From positions 1 through 35,645 of the forward strand of contig JAPHSO010000024.1 in NCBI GenBank assembly GCA_026193675.1: 35,645 bases of DNA, read 5' to 3'. The stretch is from Gammaproteobacteria bacterium (GTDB lineage Bacteria > Pseudomonadota > Gammaproteobacteria > Thiohalomonadales > Thiohalomonadaceae). Shown here piece after piece: positions 27,479-35,645 of this stretch. Positions within the stretch are counted from its first letter, which is position 1, and every line of letters starts with the position of its first letter. Position numbers and translations under genes: made by a program. The notes beneath the pieces are model-generated. The model had not been told where the DNA came from and made no database searches. It saw only the letters and a program-made list of their open reading frames with translations.

Positions 27479-29677
27479 ATGGATGTATCTGATCTTCTTA
27501 ACTCTCTAAATAGCGCGCAGCGTGAGGCAGTCTGTGTCTCTCCTGGGCATCATGCCCTGATTTTAGCTGGGGCCGGTAGTGGCAAAACCCGGGTACTGGT
27601 GCACCGTATTGCCTGGCTGATTCGAACAGGAGCCGCCTCTCCCTATGGGGTGTTGGCTGTCACCTTTACCAACAAGGCGGCCAATGAGATGCGTGGCCGT
27701 ATCGAAGAGCTGCTAGCGATGCCTGCTTCTGGTATGTGGGTGGGAACTTTTCACGGTATCGCTCACCGGCTGTTGCGAGCCCACTATCAAGAGGCTGGTT
27801 TGCCACAAGGATTTCAGATTCTCGATAGTGATGATCAGTATCGATTGATTCGCCGTGTCCTGCGCGAACTGGATCTTGATGAGAAGCAGTGGCCACCAAG
27901 ACAGATGCAGGGCTTTATCAATCGCCATAAGGATCGGGGAGAGAGGCCCGATCAAATCAAGGTTCATCAGGGTGATCTGTTTCAAGATGTGGCGCTTAAG
28001 GTATATCGACGCTATGAGGAGATCTGTCGTAGAAGAGGTGCGGTCGATTTTGCCGAGCTGTTGCTTCGAGCATATGAGTTATTTTTAAGTCGTAGAGAGG
28101 TGCTGGAGCACTACCAGCGTCGTTTCTCCCATATCCTGATCGATGAGTTCCAGGATACCAACACAATTCAGTACGCCTGGATTAAGTTGCTTGCAGGTGA
28201 TCGTGGAGAGCTGTTTGCGGTGGGTGATGATGACCAGTCGATCTACGGTTGGCGTGGGGCTCAGATTGAAAATATCCATCAATATCAGCGTGACTATGCC
28301 AATGTAGAGTTGATTCGCTTGGAGCAGAATTATCGTTCGACCGGCAATATCCTCAATGCAGCCAATGCTCTGATTGCAAAAAATGCGGATCGTCTTGGCA
28401 AGAATCTCTGGACTGAATATGGTGAAGGGGAGCTGATCAAACTTTATGGCGCATTTAATGAGCTTGAAGAGGCGCGTTATGTGGTTGAGCAGATTGAGGG
28501 GTGGATTGCAGAGGGGCATGCTCGCTCTGAAGTGGCGATCCTCTATCGCTCCAATGCCCAATCAAGGGTGCTTGAAGAGGCGCTGCTCTATCGCTCAATC
28601 CCCTATCGTATCTATGGTGGGATGCGTTTCTTCGAACGTGCTGAGATTAAGGATGCGCTGGCATACCTACGTCTATCCATGAATCGTGACGATGATCCCT
28701 CTTTTGAGCGAGTCGTTAACACGCCACCTCGTGGGATTGGGGCTCGTACCGTTGATAATATTCGTGAGCTGGCACGGGATCGTGGCATCTCTCTGTGGCG
28801 TGCAGCTGAGGAGTTAATTGCTAGCAAAGGGCTGACCGCCAGAGCGGCCAATGCTGTTGATTCATTTATTCAGCTCGTTGAGCAGATGGCTGGTGATGTG
28901 CAGGGAAGCTCGGATGTAGATATGAGCCTGAACGATGAAGGTGGACAGATGGATCTGCACGAGCAGATCGATCATATTGTCCAGCTCAGTAACCTCATTG
29001 AGCATTTCAAGAAGGAGAAAGGCGAACGGGGACAGGCTCGAATCGAAAACCTTGAGGAGCTGGTCTCTGCAGGTCGTCAGTTTGAGTTTGAAGAAGAGGA
29101 GGGGATCGATGAGTTGGGAGCCTTCCTTGCCCATGCTGCTTTAGAAGCGGGCGAGCGCCAGGCCGGTGAGGGCGAGGATGGTGTACAGATGATGACCCTC
29201 CACTCTGCCAAGGGTCTGGAGTTTCCTCTGGTATTCCTGGTGGGATTGGAAGAGGGACTTTTTCCGCATCAGATGTCGCTGGACGAGCCGGGAAGGCTTG
29301 AGGAGGAGCGGCGTCTTTGTTATGTGGGGATGACCCGTGCTCGAGAACGGTTGGTTATCTCCTATGCGGAGGTGCGCCGTCTCTATGGCCAGGAGAAATA
29401 TACCCGCCCTTCACGCTTTGTGAGTGAGATTCCGGCAGAATTTATTGATGAGGTGAGGATTCGCGGCCAGGTCTCGCAACCGCTCTATCGTGTTCCTGAA
29501 GAGGAGCAGAGTCATGAATTTTCTTTGGGGCAGCGTCTGTTCCACGCCAAATTTGGCGAAGGCACCCTCCTCGATTTTGAGGGGAGTGGTGCTCAGGCGC
29601 GAGTACAGGTCAAGTTTGATCGAGCTGGAACCAAATGGCTTGTACTCGCATATGCCAAACTGGAGCGAATTGGCTAG
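27479..29677 (+). CDS. uvrD: DNA helicase II (UvrD)
   Basis: 732 aa. SF1 motifs include LNSAQREAV, AGAGSGKT, VTFTNKAA, IDEFQDTN, YRS, LHSAKGLEF and YVGMTRA, and the C-terminal Tudor-like end reads HAKFGEGTLL. Confidence 0.95.
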   Translation: MDVSDLLNSLNSAQREAVCVSPGHHALILAGAGSGKTRVLVHRIAWLIRTGAASPYGVLAVTFTNKAANEMRGRIEELLAMPASGMWVGTFHGIAHRLLRAHYQEAGLPQGFQILDSDDQYRLIRRVLRELDLDEKQWPPRQMQGFINRHKDRGERPDQIKVHQGDLFQDVALKVYRRYEEICRRRGAVDFAELLLRAYELFLSRREVLEHYQRRFSHILIDEFQDTNTIQYAWIKLLAGDRGELFAVGDDDQSIYGWRGAQIENIHQYQRDYANVELIRLEQNYRSTGNILNAANALIAKNADRLGKNLWTEYGEGELIKLYGAFNELEEARYVVEQIEGWIAEGHARSEVAILYRSNAQSRVLEEALLYRSIPYRIYGGMRFFERAEIKDALAYLRLSMNRDDDPSFERVVNTPPRGIGARTVDNIRELARDRGISLWRAAEELIASKGLTARAANAVDSFIQLVEQMAGDVQGSSDVDMSLNDEGGQMDLHEQIDHIVQLSNLIEHFKKEKGERGQARIENLEELVSAGRQFEFEEEEGIDELGAFLAHAALEAGERQAGEGEDGVQMMTLHSAKGLEFPLVFLVGLEEGLFPHQMSLDEPGRLEEERRLCYVGMTRARERLVISYAEVRRLYGQEKYTRPSRFVSEIPAEFIDEVRIRGQVSQPLYRVPEEEQSHEFSLGQRLFHAKFGEGTLLDFEGSGAQARVQVKFDRAGTKWLVLAYAKLERIG

Positions 29678-29683
29678 CGAACG

Positions 29684-30139
29684 CTAAGCGACCTTAACAA
29701 CATCTCCGGTAAGTTCTCTGATGAGCGGGTAGAGCTTCTCGGTCTCGTCTTGAATACGATTTAGCACCATAGAGAACAGCTCATCGATCTCTTTATAGAA
29801 GAGCTCATGGTTGGCAACCTTTAGGGCATGACTCTTGTTTTTTGGGGCGCACCAGCGTTTTTGGTACTGCGCAAAGATGCGCTTGAGCTCTTGTGCTCCC
29901 GCCATAAATTGATTGGCGACACCTGCAGCCTTTGCATCAGACGATGAAAGAAGGATTGAGTAGCTCTTATCGACCAGATTGAGGTGTTCAGTCACCTTCT
30001 CTACATATCGATAGAACAGTTCGCAGCAAATCGTGGTGTCACACATCTCACGATCGACAACCAGTCTTGAGAGGACATTGGAGAGCTCAGTGATATTGTG
30101 GTTTTGCTCATTCAATTCGTCATAGGTAGTCATAGTCAT
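29684..30139 (-). CDS. hypothetical all-helical cytoplasmic protein; weak resemblance to hemerythrin-like (HHE) four-helix-bundle domains
   Basis: 151 aa with a strong SD (AAGGAG at 30144..30149 on the complement) just upstream of ATG 30139. The motifs HNITE, EHLNLVDKSYSIL and RIQDETEKLYPLI echo the H...E / H..xEE..LFP pattern of HHE domains, but several ligand positions are substituted. The family assignment is not secure. Confidence 0.6.
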   Translation of the reverse strand: MTMTTYDELNEQNHNITELSNVLSRLVVDREMCDTTICCELFYRYVEKVTEHLNLVDKSYSILLSSSDAKAAGVANQFMAGAQELKRIFAQYQKRWCAPKNKSHALKVANHELFYKEIDELFSMVLNRIQDETEKLYPLIRELTGDVVKVA

Positions 30140-30331
30140 TTATCTCCTTTGGTTTTTATTTTGTATATCTCCCTCATCCATGATTATTATTTTTTGTTTT
30201 TTTCATCTTATTAGAACTAATTAAGAATAGCCAATTTTCGATGAGGGGGGCTTCTATTAATTAAATAATAGCTGATATTTAAAAATTTTAAATAGAGCTT
30301 GTCATATTGTTTTGGAGGGATGGGTGGGCTT

Positions 30332-30658
30332 TTAGGTTCTGGAGATAAGGTGATCAAATTGCTCAATGAGCTGAAGAAGTTGTTGAGTATTTCGCTCCAC
30401 TTTTTGGAGGCTGTACTCGGCAAGTGGGTAGATATCACTGGTTGTCGGCATATCCCGTTCAGTTTCGATGGCACTTCTCATCTTTGGTAGAAATACCCAC
30501 TGCATCCATTGGTGGAAATAGAGGGTGTCGTGACAGAAAGGGACGAGACTTTGCATCGCCTCTTCGGGGGGTGGAGTTGAATCCCAAAGCGCGATACCGC
30601 GCATCTCTGCTTCAATGTTAAGGATGAGATCGGCAAGCTGGTGAATTCGGGAATTCAT
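30332..30658 (-). CDS. yqcC: YqcC-family protein (DUF446)
   Basis: From ATG 30658 it has 108 aa. The sequence LADLILNIEAEMRGIALWD...PFCHDTLYFHQWMQWVFLPKM...MPTTSDIYPLAEY aligns with E. coli YqcC (PFFMDTMEPLEWLQWVLIPRM). The ORF track starts 7 codons earlier, at GTG 30679. Confidence 0.75.
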   Translation of the reverse strand: MNSRIHQLADLILNIEAEMRGIALWDSTPPPEEAMQSLVPFCHDTLYFHQWMQWVFLPKMRSAIETERDMPTTSDIYPLAEYSLQKVERNTQQLLQLIEQFDHLISRT

Positions 30659-30707
30659 ACTGATATATACCTGCACCAACCTCAGGATCTTTTAAACTGT
30701 TTAGAGT

Positions 30708-31985
30708 TTAGCCTTTGCGATGATGTCTGGAATGGTCGTGGCCCCTATGGTGGCTTCTGCTCCCCTTTCTGGGAGGACGTCGTTTGCGTTCGACTTTAAC
30801 GGGTGGCTTGGGTTCAACGAGCAGTTCTGCGGTAATCGACTCCACTGGAATCTTGTGATGAATGTAGGACTCAATATCCATCAGGGAGAAGGCGTACTCC
30901 TCACAGGCAAAGCTTAATGCAGTTCCAGAAGCGCCGGCCCGGGCGGTTCGGCCAATGCGGTGAACATAATCCTCAGCATCCTGAGGGAGGTCATAATTAA
31001 AGACATGGCTGACATCAGGAATATGCAGTCCGCGTGCTGCCACATCGGTGGCGACCAGCATCGGGAATTTTCCCTCTTCGAATTGACGCAATAGAGATTG
31101 ACGTTTTGTCTGGGGGACGTCACCTGAAAGAATCGCAGTCTTAATGTCATTCCCCTCAAGATAGCTCCATACCCTGTCAGCGACGCGCTTGGTATTGATA
31201 AAGATGATAGCGCGTTCGGGCTGCTCTCTTTTAATTAGTCCAAGCAAAAGGGGAATCTTCTCATCCGTGGCTGGATAGAAGATTGACTGTTTAACCTTAT
31301 CGGCCGTCACTTTTTCAGGAACAATCTCAATCTGTTTGGGATTGTTCATATGTTCATAGGCGAGCTCCATAACCCTGTGAGAGAGGGTTGCTGAAAAGAG
31401 CAGATTTAGACGATTCTGAGGGGGAGGCATACGGTGTAGCAGGAAGCGGATATCTTTAATAAAGCCGAGATCAAACATGCGATCGGCCTCATCTAGAACC
31501 AAAACCTCTGCAGCCTTTAGGTTGAAGACATGCTTTTTGAAGTAGTCGATAACTCTGCCAGGAGTTCCAATGAGTACATCCAGGCCATCCTCAATCGCCT
31601 GTTTCTGGGCATCATAGCCGGTTCCGCCATATGCAAGTCCCAGCTTGAGTCCAGTAAACTGACCAATCTCTACCATATCCTTATGGATCTGGATTGCCAG
31701 TTCCCGAGTTGGAGCAATGATGAGTGCTCGAGGCTGATTCTGATTGCGCCAATCAGGGGAGGGGGAGGTGAGTAACCTGTTAAATAGTGCGATAGCGAAG
31801 GCCGCTGTCTTTCCCGTTCCTGTCTGAGCCTGACCTGCAACATCATCTCCAGCTAGGGTATGAGGAAGAGTTTCTGCCTGAATCGGAGTACAGAAGGCGA
31901 AGCCTGTCGATTCTACACCTCGCTGAAGTTTTTCCGGGAGCTCAAAGCTGCTAAATCTTGTTTCGGTTAAATTTGTATTACTCAT
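30708..31985 (-). CDS. rhlB: ATP-dependent RNA helicase RhlB (DEAD-box, degradosome component)
   Basis: 425 aa. The Q-motif region is [10 protein letters not shown]...CTPIQ, followed by [21 protein letters not shown] and [10 protein letters not shown], with a basic Arg/His-rich tail. It is near-collinear with E. coli RhlB and divergent from trxA-rho, as in E. coli. Confidence 0.93.
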   Translation of the reverse strand: MSNTNLTETRFSSFELPEKLQRGVESTGFAFCTPIQAETLPHTLAGDDVAGQAQTGTGKTAAFAIALFNRLLTSPSPDWRNQNQPRALIIAPTRELAIQIHKDMVEIGQFTGLKLGLAYGGTGYDAQKQAIEDGLDVLIGTPGRVIDYFKKHVFNLKAAEVLVLDEADRMFDLGFIKDIRFLLHRMPPPQNRLNLLFSATLSHRVMELAYEHMNNPKQIEIVPEKVTADKVKQSIFYPATDEKIPLLLGLIKREQPERAIIFINTKRVADRVWSYLEGNDIKTAILSGDVPQTKRQSLLRQFEEGKFPMLVATDVAARGLHIPDVSHVFNYDLPQDAEDYVHRIGRTARAGASGTALSFACEEYAFSLMDIESYIHHKIPVESITAELLVEPKPPVKVERKRRPPRKGSRSHHRGHDHSRHHRKG

Positions 31986-32126
31986 GAACTACAGGGTATC
32001 AAATATTCGCGCTTGGGGGTTGCAAATGCGCGCTATTTCGGCTCAAATTAGCGCATTGAAATATTCAACCTAGTTCATATCCTACCCAAGCAGGTAGAAG
32101 TAATCCCAATTTAAGGAGAGATTCCA

Positions 32127-32453
32127 TTGAGCGATAAGATCGTTTACGCAACTGATGATACGTTTGAGTCCGAAGTTGTTAATGCTGAAGGCAGTATCCT
32201 GGTTGACTACTGGGCTGACTGGTGTGGTCCTTGTAAGATGATTGCTCCAATTCTTGATGAAATTGCTGAAGAGTATGATGGCAAGATCAAGGTTGTTAAG
32301 CTAAATATTGATGAGAATCCTAATACGCCACCTAAGTTTGGAATTCGTGGAATTCCTACCCTGATGATTTTTAAAGGTGGCAGCGTTGAAGCGACTAAGG
32401 TTGGGGCAGTATCCAAGTCTCAACTGACTGCATTTATCGACAGTAATATCTAA
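32127..32453 (+). CDS. trxA: thioredoxin 1
   Basis: 108 aa starting [16 protein letters not shown], with the active site [13 protein letters not shown] and the motif [11 protein letters not shown]. It uses a TTG start with AAGGAG 8 nt upstream, and its N-terminus aligns residue for residue with E. coli TrxA. Confidence 0.95.
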   Translation: MSDKIVYATDDTFESEVVNAEGSILVDYWADWCGPCKMIAPILDEIAEEYDGKIKVVKLNIDENPNTPPKFGIRGIPTLMIFKGGSVEATKVGAVSKSQLTAFIDSNI

Positions 32454-32705
32454 ATGTCTCATTCGCTTGCTGCATCATTTTGATGTGGTGAGCGGGCTGG
32501 CTCGATGATCTAGATTTTATATATGAGAGCTGCTAATCTCTCGAATAAATAACCTTACTAATTAAATATAATAACTAAACCCCTCTTTTTTAACTCCATC
32601 TTCGCTCCGTGACAATATGACGATACCTCTCTTGGTGTCCTTGATGATCACTTCTTGTGGGCGATATCTAATCAAAATCTCAACAAGAGTATTCCAATAA
32701 ACACT
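32454..32705 (+). promoter_or_regulatory. long rho leader / trxA-rho intergenic region containing a C-rich, G-poor tract (candidate rut-like autoregulatory attenuator)
   Basis: The spacer is 252 nt. The segment near 32578..32640 (AAACCCCTCTTTTTTAACTCCATCTTCGCTCCGTGACAATATGACGATACCTCTCTTGGTGTCC) is visibly C>G. E. coli rho is autoregulated by Rho-dependent attenuation in its leader. Confidence 0.4.
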
Positions 32706-33962
32706 ATGAATGTGTCAGAACTTAAACTAAAAACCACCTCCGAACTCTACGATATCGCTACCGAAATGGGGCTTGATAATATTAATCGAGCAAAGCGTGA
32801 GCAGGTTGTTTTCAATATTCTCAAAGCAGCGGCTAAGAAAGGCGACGAGCTGTTTGGCGGAGGTGTGCTAGAGATACTACAGGATGGTTTCGGTTTCTTA
32901 CGTTCACCAGCTAGTTCATATCTAGCAGGTCCTGATGATGTCTATATCTCACCCAGTCAGATTCGCCGTTTCCACCTGCGCACCGGAGATACAATTACCG
33001 GAAAGATTCGCGCACCAAAGGATAATGAGCGCTATTTCGCATTAGTGAAAATCGACAATATCAATTTTGATGCACCAGAGAATACCAAGAATAAGGTGCG
33101 TTTCGAGAATCTTACGGCACTGCATGCGGTTGATCGAATAAACCTTGAATTGGGAAATGGTAGTACTGAGGATATTACGGCTCGAGTTATTGACCTTGTC
33201 TCACCTATTGGTAAGGGGCAGCGTGGCCTGATTGTCTCACCACCTAAGGCGGGTAAGACAATGATTATGCAGAATATTGCTCACTCAATCACAGCTAACA
33301 ATCCTGAAATTGATCTAATTGTTCTATTGATTGATGAACGCCCGGAAGAGGTGACTGAAATGACCCGCACCGTACGGGGTGAGGTTGTCTCCAGTACCTT
33401 TGATGAGCCGGCTAGCCGTCACGTGCAGGTTGCTGAGATGGTTATCGAGAAGGCGAAACGTCTGGTTGAGCACAAACGAGATGTGGTTATTTTGATGGAT
33501 TCGATCACCCGTTTGGCCCGTGCTTACAATACGGTCGTTCCCTCATCGGGTAAGGTTCTGACGGGTGGTGTTGATGCCAACGCCCTGCAGCGCCCCAAGC
33601 GCTTCTTTGGTGCAGCTCGAAATGTTGAGGAGGGTGGTTCACTAACCATCATTGCGACAGCACTGATTGATACCGGTTCACGTATGGATGAGGTGATCTA
33701 TGAGGAGTTCAAAGGTACGGGTAACCAGGAGCTCCATCTGGATCGTCGTATTGCAGAGAAGCGGATCTATCCGGCCATCAATATCAACCGCTCCGGTACT
33801 CGTCGCGAGGAGCTGATGACCAAGCCTGATGAGCTACAGAAGATGTGGATTTTGCGTAAGCTTCTGCACCCAATGGATGAGATTGCTGCGATGGAGTTCC
33901 TGCATGACAAGATGCGTCAGAGTAAGACAAATGCTGAGTTCTTTGAGTCGATGAAGAGATAA
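32706..33962 (+). CDS. rho: transcription termination factor Rho
   Basis: From ATG 32706 it has 418 aa, starting [23 protein letters not shown]. It contains GFGFLRS, Walker A PPKAGKT and [11 protein letters not shown]. The 17 codons the ORF track adds upstream from a TTG are not part of Rho. Confidence 0.97.
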   Translation: MNVSELKLKTTSELYDIATEMGLDNINRAKREQVVFNILKAAAKKGDELFGGGVLEILQDGFGFLRSPASSYLAGPDDVYISPSQIRRFHLRTGDTITGKIRAPKDNERYFALVKIDNINFDAPENTKNKVRFENLTALHAVDRINLELGNGSTEDITARVIDLVSPIGKGQRGLIVSPPKAGKTMIMQNIAHSITANNPEIDLIVLLIDERPEEVTEMTRTVRGEVVSSTFDEPASRHVQVAEMVIEKAKRLVEHKRDVVILMDSITRLARAYNTVVPSSGKVLTGGVDANALQRPKRFFGAARNVEEGGSLTIIATALIDTGSRMDEVIYEEFKGTGNQELHLDRRIAEKRIYPAININRSGTRREELMTKPDELQKMWILRKLLHPMDEIAAMEFLHDKMRQSKTNAEFFESMKR

Positions 33963-34002
33963 TCCTGCAGATTGCACTTAAGTTTCACGAACATATTGAT
34001 CA

Positions 34003-34039
34003 GCGGATTGTTTTTACGTACAATCCGCCCCCTTTCTTA
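34003..34039 (+). terminator. hairpin terminator downstream of rho
   Basis: GCGGATTGT (34003..34011), an 8-nt loop, and ACAATCCGC (34020..34028) are followed by CCCCCTTTCTT. The 9-bp stem is perfect but the T-tract is only moderate. Confidence 0.55.
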
Positions 34040-34097
34040 GACGTGGTGCGTGCCCAAGGGGTTTCGTGGCGACGTAGTTTATACCGGAGTATTAAAA

Positions 34098-34304
34098 ATG
34101 AAATCTGACATCCATCCAAAATATGAAGAGGTCAATGTGACCTGTAGCTGTGGTGAGAGTTTTAAAACTCGTTCGACAGTTGGTAAAGATCTCAGTATTG
34201 ATGTCTGTGCACTGTGCCATCCTTTCTATACCGGTAAGCAGAAGATGCTCGACACAGCGGGTCGTGTCGACAAGTTCCGTCAGAAGTATGGTATGAAGAA
34301 GTAA
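34098..34304 (+). CDS. rpmE: 50S ribosomal protein L31 (Zn-ribbon, type A)
   Basis: From ATG 34098 it has 68 aa, starting [29 protein letters not shown]...[14 protein letters not shown]. This matches E. coli L31, including the Cys ligands. The ORF-track N-terminal extension is rejected. Confidence 0.93.
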   Translation: MKSDIHPKYEEVNVTCSCGESFKTRSTVGKDLSIDVCALCHPFYTGKQKMLDTAGRVDKFRQKYGMKK

Positions 34305-34323
34305 GTACGATACTTAACGGAAA

Positions 34324-34354
34324 TAAAAAAAGCCCCTTTAGAGGGGCTTTTTTG
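34324..34354. terminator. bidirectional Rho-independent terminator between rpmE (+) and mrcA (-)
   Basis: AAAAAAA-AGCCCCT-TTAG-AGGGGCT-TTTTTT: a 7-bp GC-rich stem at 34331..34337 / 34342..34348, flanked by A- and T-runs. Confidence 0.8.
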
Positions 34355-34387
34355 CGGGCGCAATAAAATATTAATGTAGCCCTTATT

Positions 34388-35645
34388 CTAGAATAGCTCT
34401 TCGGTCTCGGTCTCATTGCCCTGAGGAGTGTTTTGAGTATCGCTTATGGCAGAGTCTGTCTCTGCCTGTGGGGCATTTTCGACTCTAAAGCTCTCAAAGA
34501 TTGCCTTGGGATCATTGGCATCGGTATATTTTCCGGTTTCAGAGTTAATACGCACTGTAACGATACCGGGTGGGACGGTGATTGGATCATCTGGATAGTC
34601 TGCCAGTGCGATTTTCATGTAGTCGATCCACATGGGAAGAGCCGAATGGCCTCCAGTTTCGCGATTTCCCAGAGAGCGCGGCGTGTCAAATCCTACCCAA
34701 GCGGTAGTGACAACATCGGGGTTAAATCCTGAGAACCAGGCATCTCTCTGGTCATTGGTTGTTCCAGTTTTGCCGGCGATATCATTTCTGCCCAGAGCTC
34801 TGGCCCGACGTCCGGTGCCGCGCTTAATCACATCCTGCATTATTGAGCGAATCAGATAGATGTTTTGAGCGGAGATGGTACGCGGGGCAAATTTAGGTGT
34901 TGTCTGTAGTTTTGGTATAAGAACGGGGGCATTGTCGGCCTCTTCTGGAGGCATCCCCTCCGCCTCTGTATCAATAGTCTCAATAGTCGACATATCTGCC
35001 ACAAGTTGCTTTTTGCAGCTATCATCACAGGCAACGGCGGGATCGCGCTCCATAATAATATTTCCGTTGCTGTCCTCAATGCGCTCGATAAAATGGGGCT
35101 CAATCAGGAAGCCTCCATTTGCGAGCACGGCATATCCGTGAACCAGCTGATATGGGGTCAGGGAGACACTGCCGAGAGCCAGGGAGAGGTCTCGAGGTAA
35201 CTGGGACGGATCGAAGCCAAAATTCTTGAGGTGCTCTATCGCCTTACTGACACCCATGGCACGCAGAATTCTGATCGATATTAGATTACGTGAGCGGACC
35301 AGCCCTTCCCTAAGACGTGTTGGCCCGAAGGTGCGGCCACTGTAGTTCTCTGGCCGCCACTCACTTTCAAGGTTGGAGTCCTCAAACACTACAGGGGCAT
35401 CGTTAATAATAGATGCTGTGGTAAAGCCGTTCTCAAGCGCTGCTGAGTAGATAAAGGGCTTGAGGTTAGAACCCGGTTGACGTTGTGCCTGTACTGCACG
35501 GTTAAATTTGCTTTTGTAGAAATCAAATCCCCCTACAAGGGCTAATAGGGAGCCATCTTTTGGGTTGAGAGAGACCAGGGCGCCAGAGACCTCGGGTATT
35601 TGGCGAAGCTGAAGTCCCTGTTCGTCTTTAAGAAGGTAAATTACA
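34388..35645 (-). CDS. mrcA: penicillin-binding protein 1A, C-terminal transpeptidase part; the 5' end lies beyond the window
   Basis: The reading frame stays open from 35389 to the window edge. Hand translation gives ...LVGGFDFYKSKFNRAVQAQRQPGSNLKPFIYSAALENGFT..., which contains the SxxK active site. Downstream motifs include the KTG triad in AGKTGTTNDQRDAWFSGF. The ORF track reports only the part after an internal GTG. Confidence 0.9.
   Translation of the reverse strand, partial: VIYLLKDEQGLQLRQIPEVSGALVSLNPKDGSLLALVGGFDFYKSKFNRAVQAQRQPGSNLKPFIYSAALENGFTTASIINDAPVVFEDSNLESEWRPENYSGRTFGPTRLREGLVRSRNLISIRILRAMGVSKAIEHLKNFGFDPSQLPRDLSLALGSVSLTPYQLVHGYAVLANGGFLIEPHFIERIEDSNGNIIMERDPAVACDDSCKKQLVADMSTIETIDTEAEGMPPEEADNAPVLIPKLQTTPKFAPRTISAQNIYLIRSIMQDVIKRGTGRRARALGRNDIAGKTGTTNDQRDAWFSGFNPDVVTTAWVGFDTPRSLGNRETGGHSALPMWIDYMKIALADYPDDPITVPPGIVTVRINSETGKYTDANDPKAIFESFRVENAPQAETDSAISDTQNTPQGNETETEELF

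Noticed and set aside
30217-30474. 85-aa minus-strand ORF in the AT-rich tract
   Set aside because: It overlaps the 3' end of yqcC out of frame, is low-complexity (Ser/Pro/Leu/Asn) and has no SD. It is probably an artefact of AT-rich sequence.
32464-32494. 12-bp hairpin just after trxA as a terminator
   Set aside because: The stem depends on four G-U wobble pairs and is not followed by a T-tract. I do not call it a terminator.
32655-32705. 17-codon N-terminal extension of rho in the ORF track (TTG start)
   Set aside because: Rho proteins begin MN(L/V)(T/S)ELK. ATG 32706 reproduces that N-terminus and the canonical ~419-aa length.
34050-34097. 16-codon N-terminal extension of rpmE in the ORF track
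   Set aside because: L31 begins MK.DIHPKY. ATG 34098 gives the canonical ~70-aa protein.

Overview
This window reads as about 35.6 kb of gammaproteobacterial core chromosome at roughly 50% G+C. I saw no tRNA, rRNA, CRISPR array, integrase, transposase or phage genes. Nearly all of it is densely packed housekeeping genes in blocks whose order matches E. coli or Pseudomonas: dut-coaBC / radC; recG-ridA-spoT-rpoZ-gmk-yicC; rph-rdgB-hemW; mak...mazG; amtB; uvrD; rhlB / trxA-rho; rpmE; mrcA. Four stretches look accessory. (1) A seven-gene MSHA-type type IV pilus assembly block (mshI, a PilN-like gene, J, K, L, M, N; 2377..9148) has no ATPase, platform or pilin genes. (2) A soluble Hanks-type Ser/Thr kinase plus PP2C phosphatase pair sits between yicC and rph. 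(3) A periplasmic tandem-thioredoxin protein is translationally coupled to mak and mazG. (4) Several small or orphan genes occur: a BamB-like propeller lipoprotein, a stand-alone cNMP-binding-domain protein with a degenerate phosphate-binding cassette, and a 151-aa helical protein next to a tract of about 29% G+C. I did not find convincing evidence for a self-contained novel multi-gene system such as a defence island. The kinase/phosphatase module and the MshN variant carrying an IPT/TIG-like domain are the best leads, and both are modest. All protein calls come from motif and homology recall and gene order only, with no database search run. Several ORF-track starts were moved on sequence evidence (amtB, rho, rpmE, the propeller lipoprotein, yqcC and the cNMP-domain protein).
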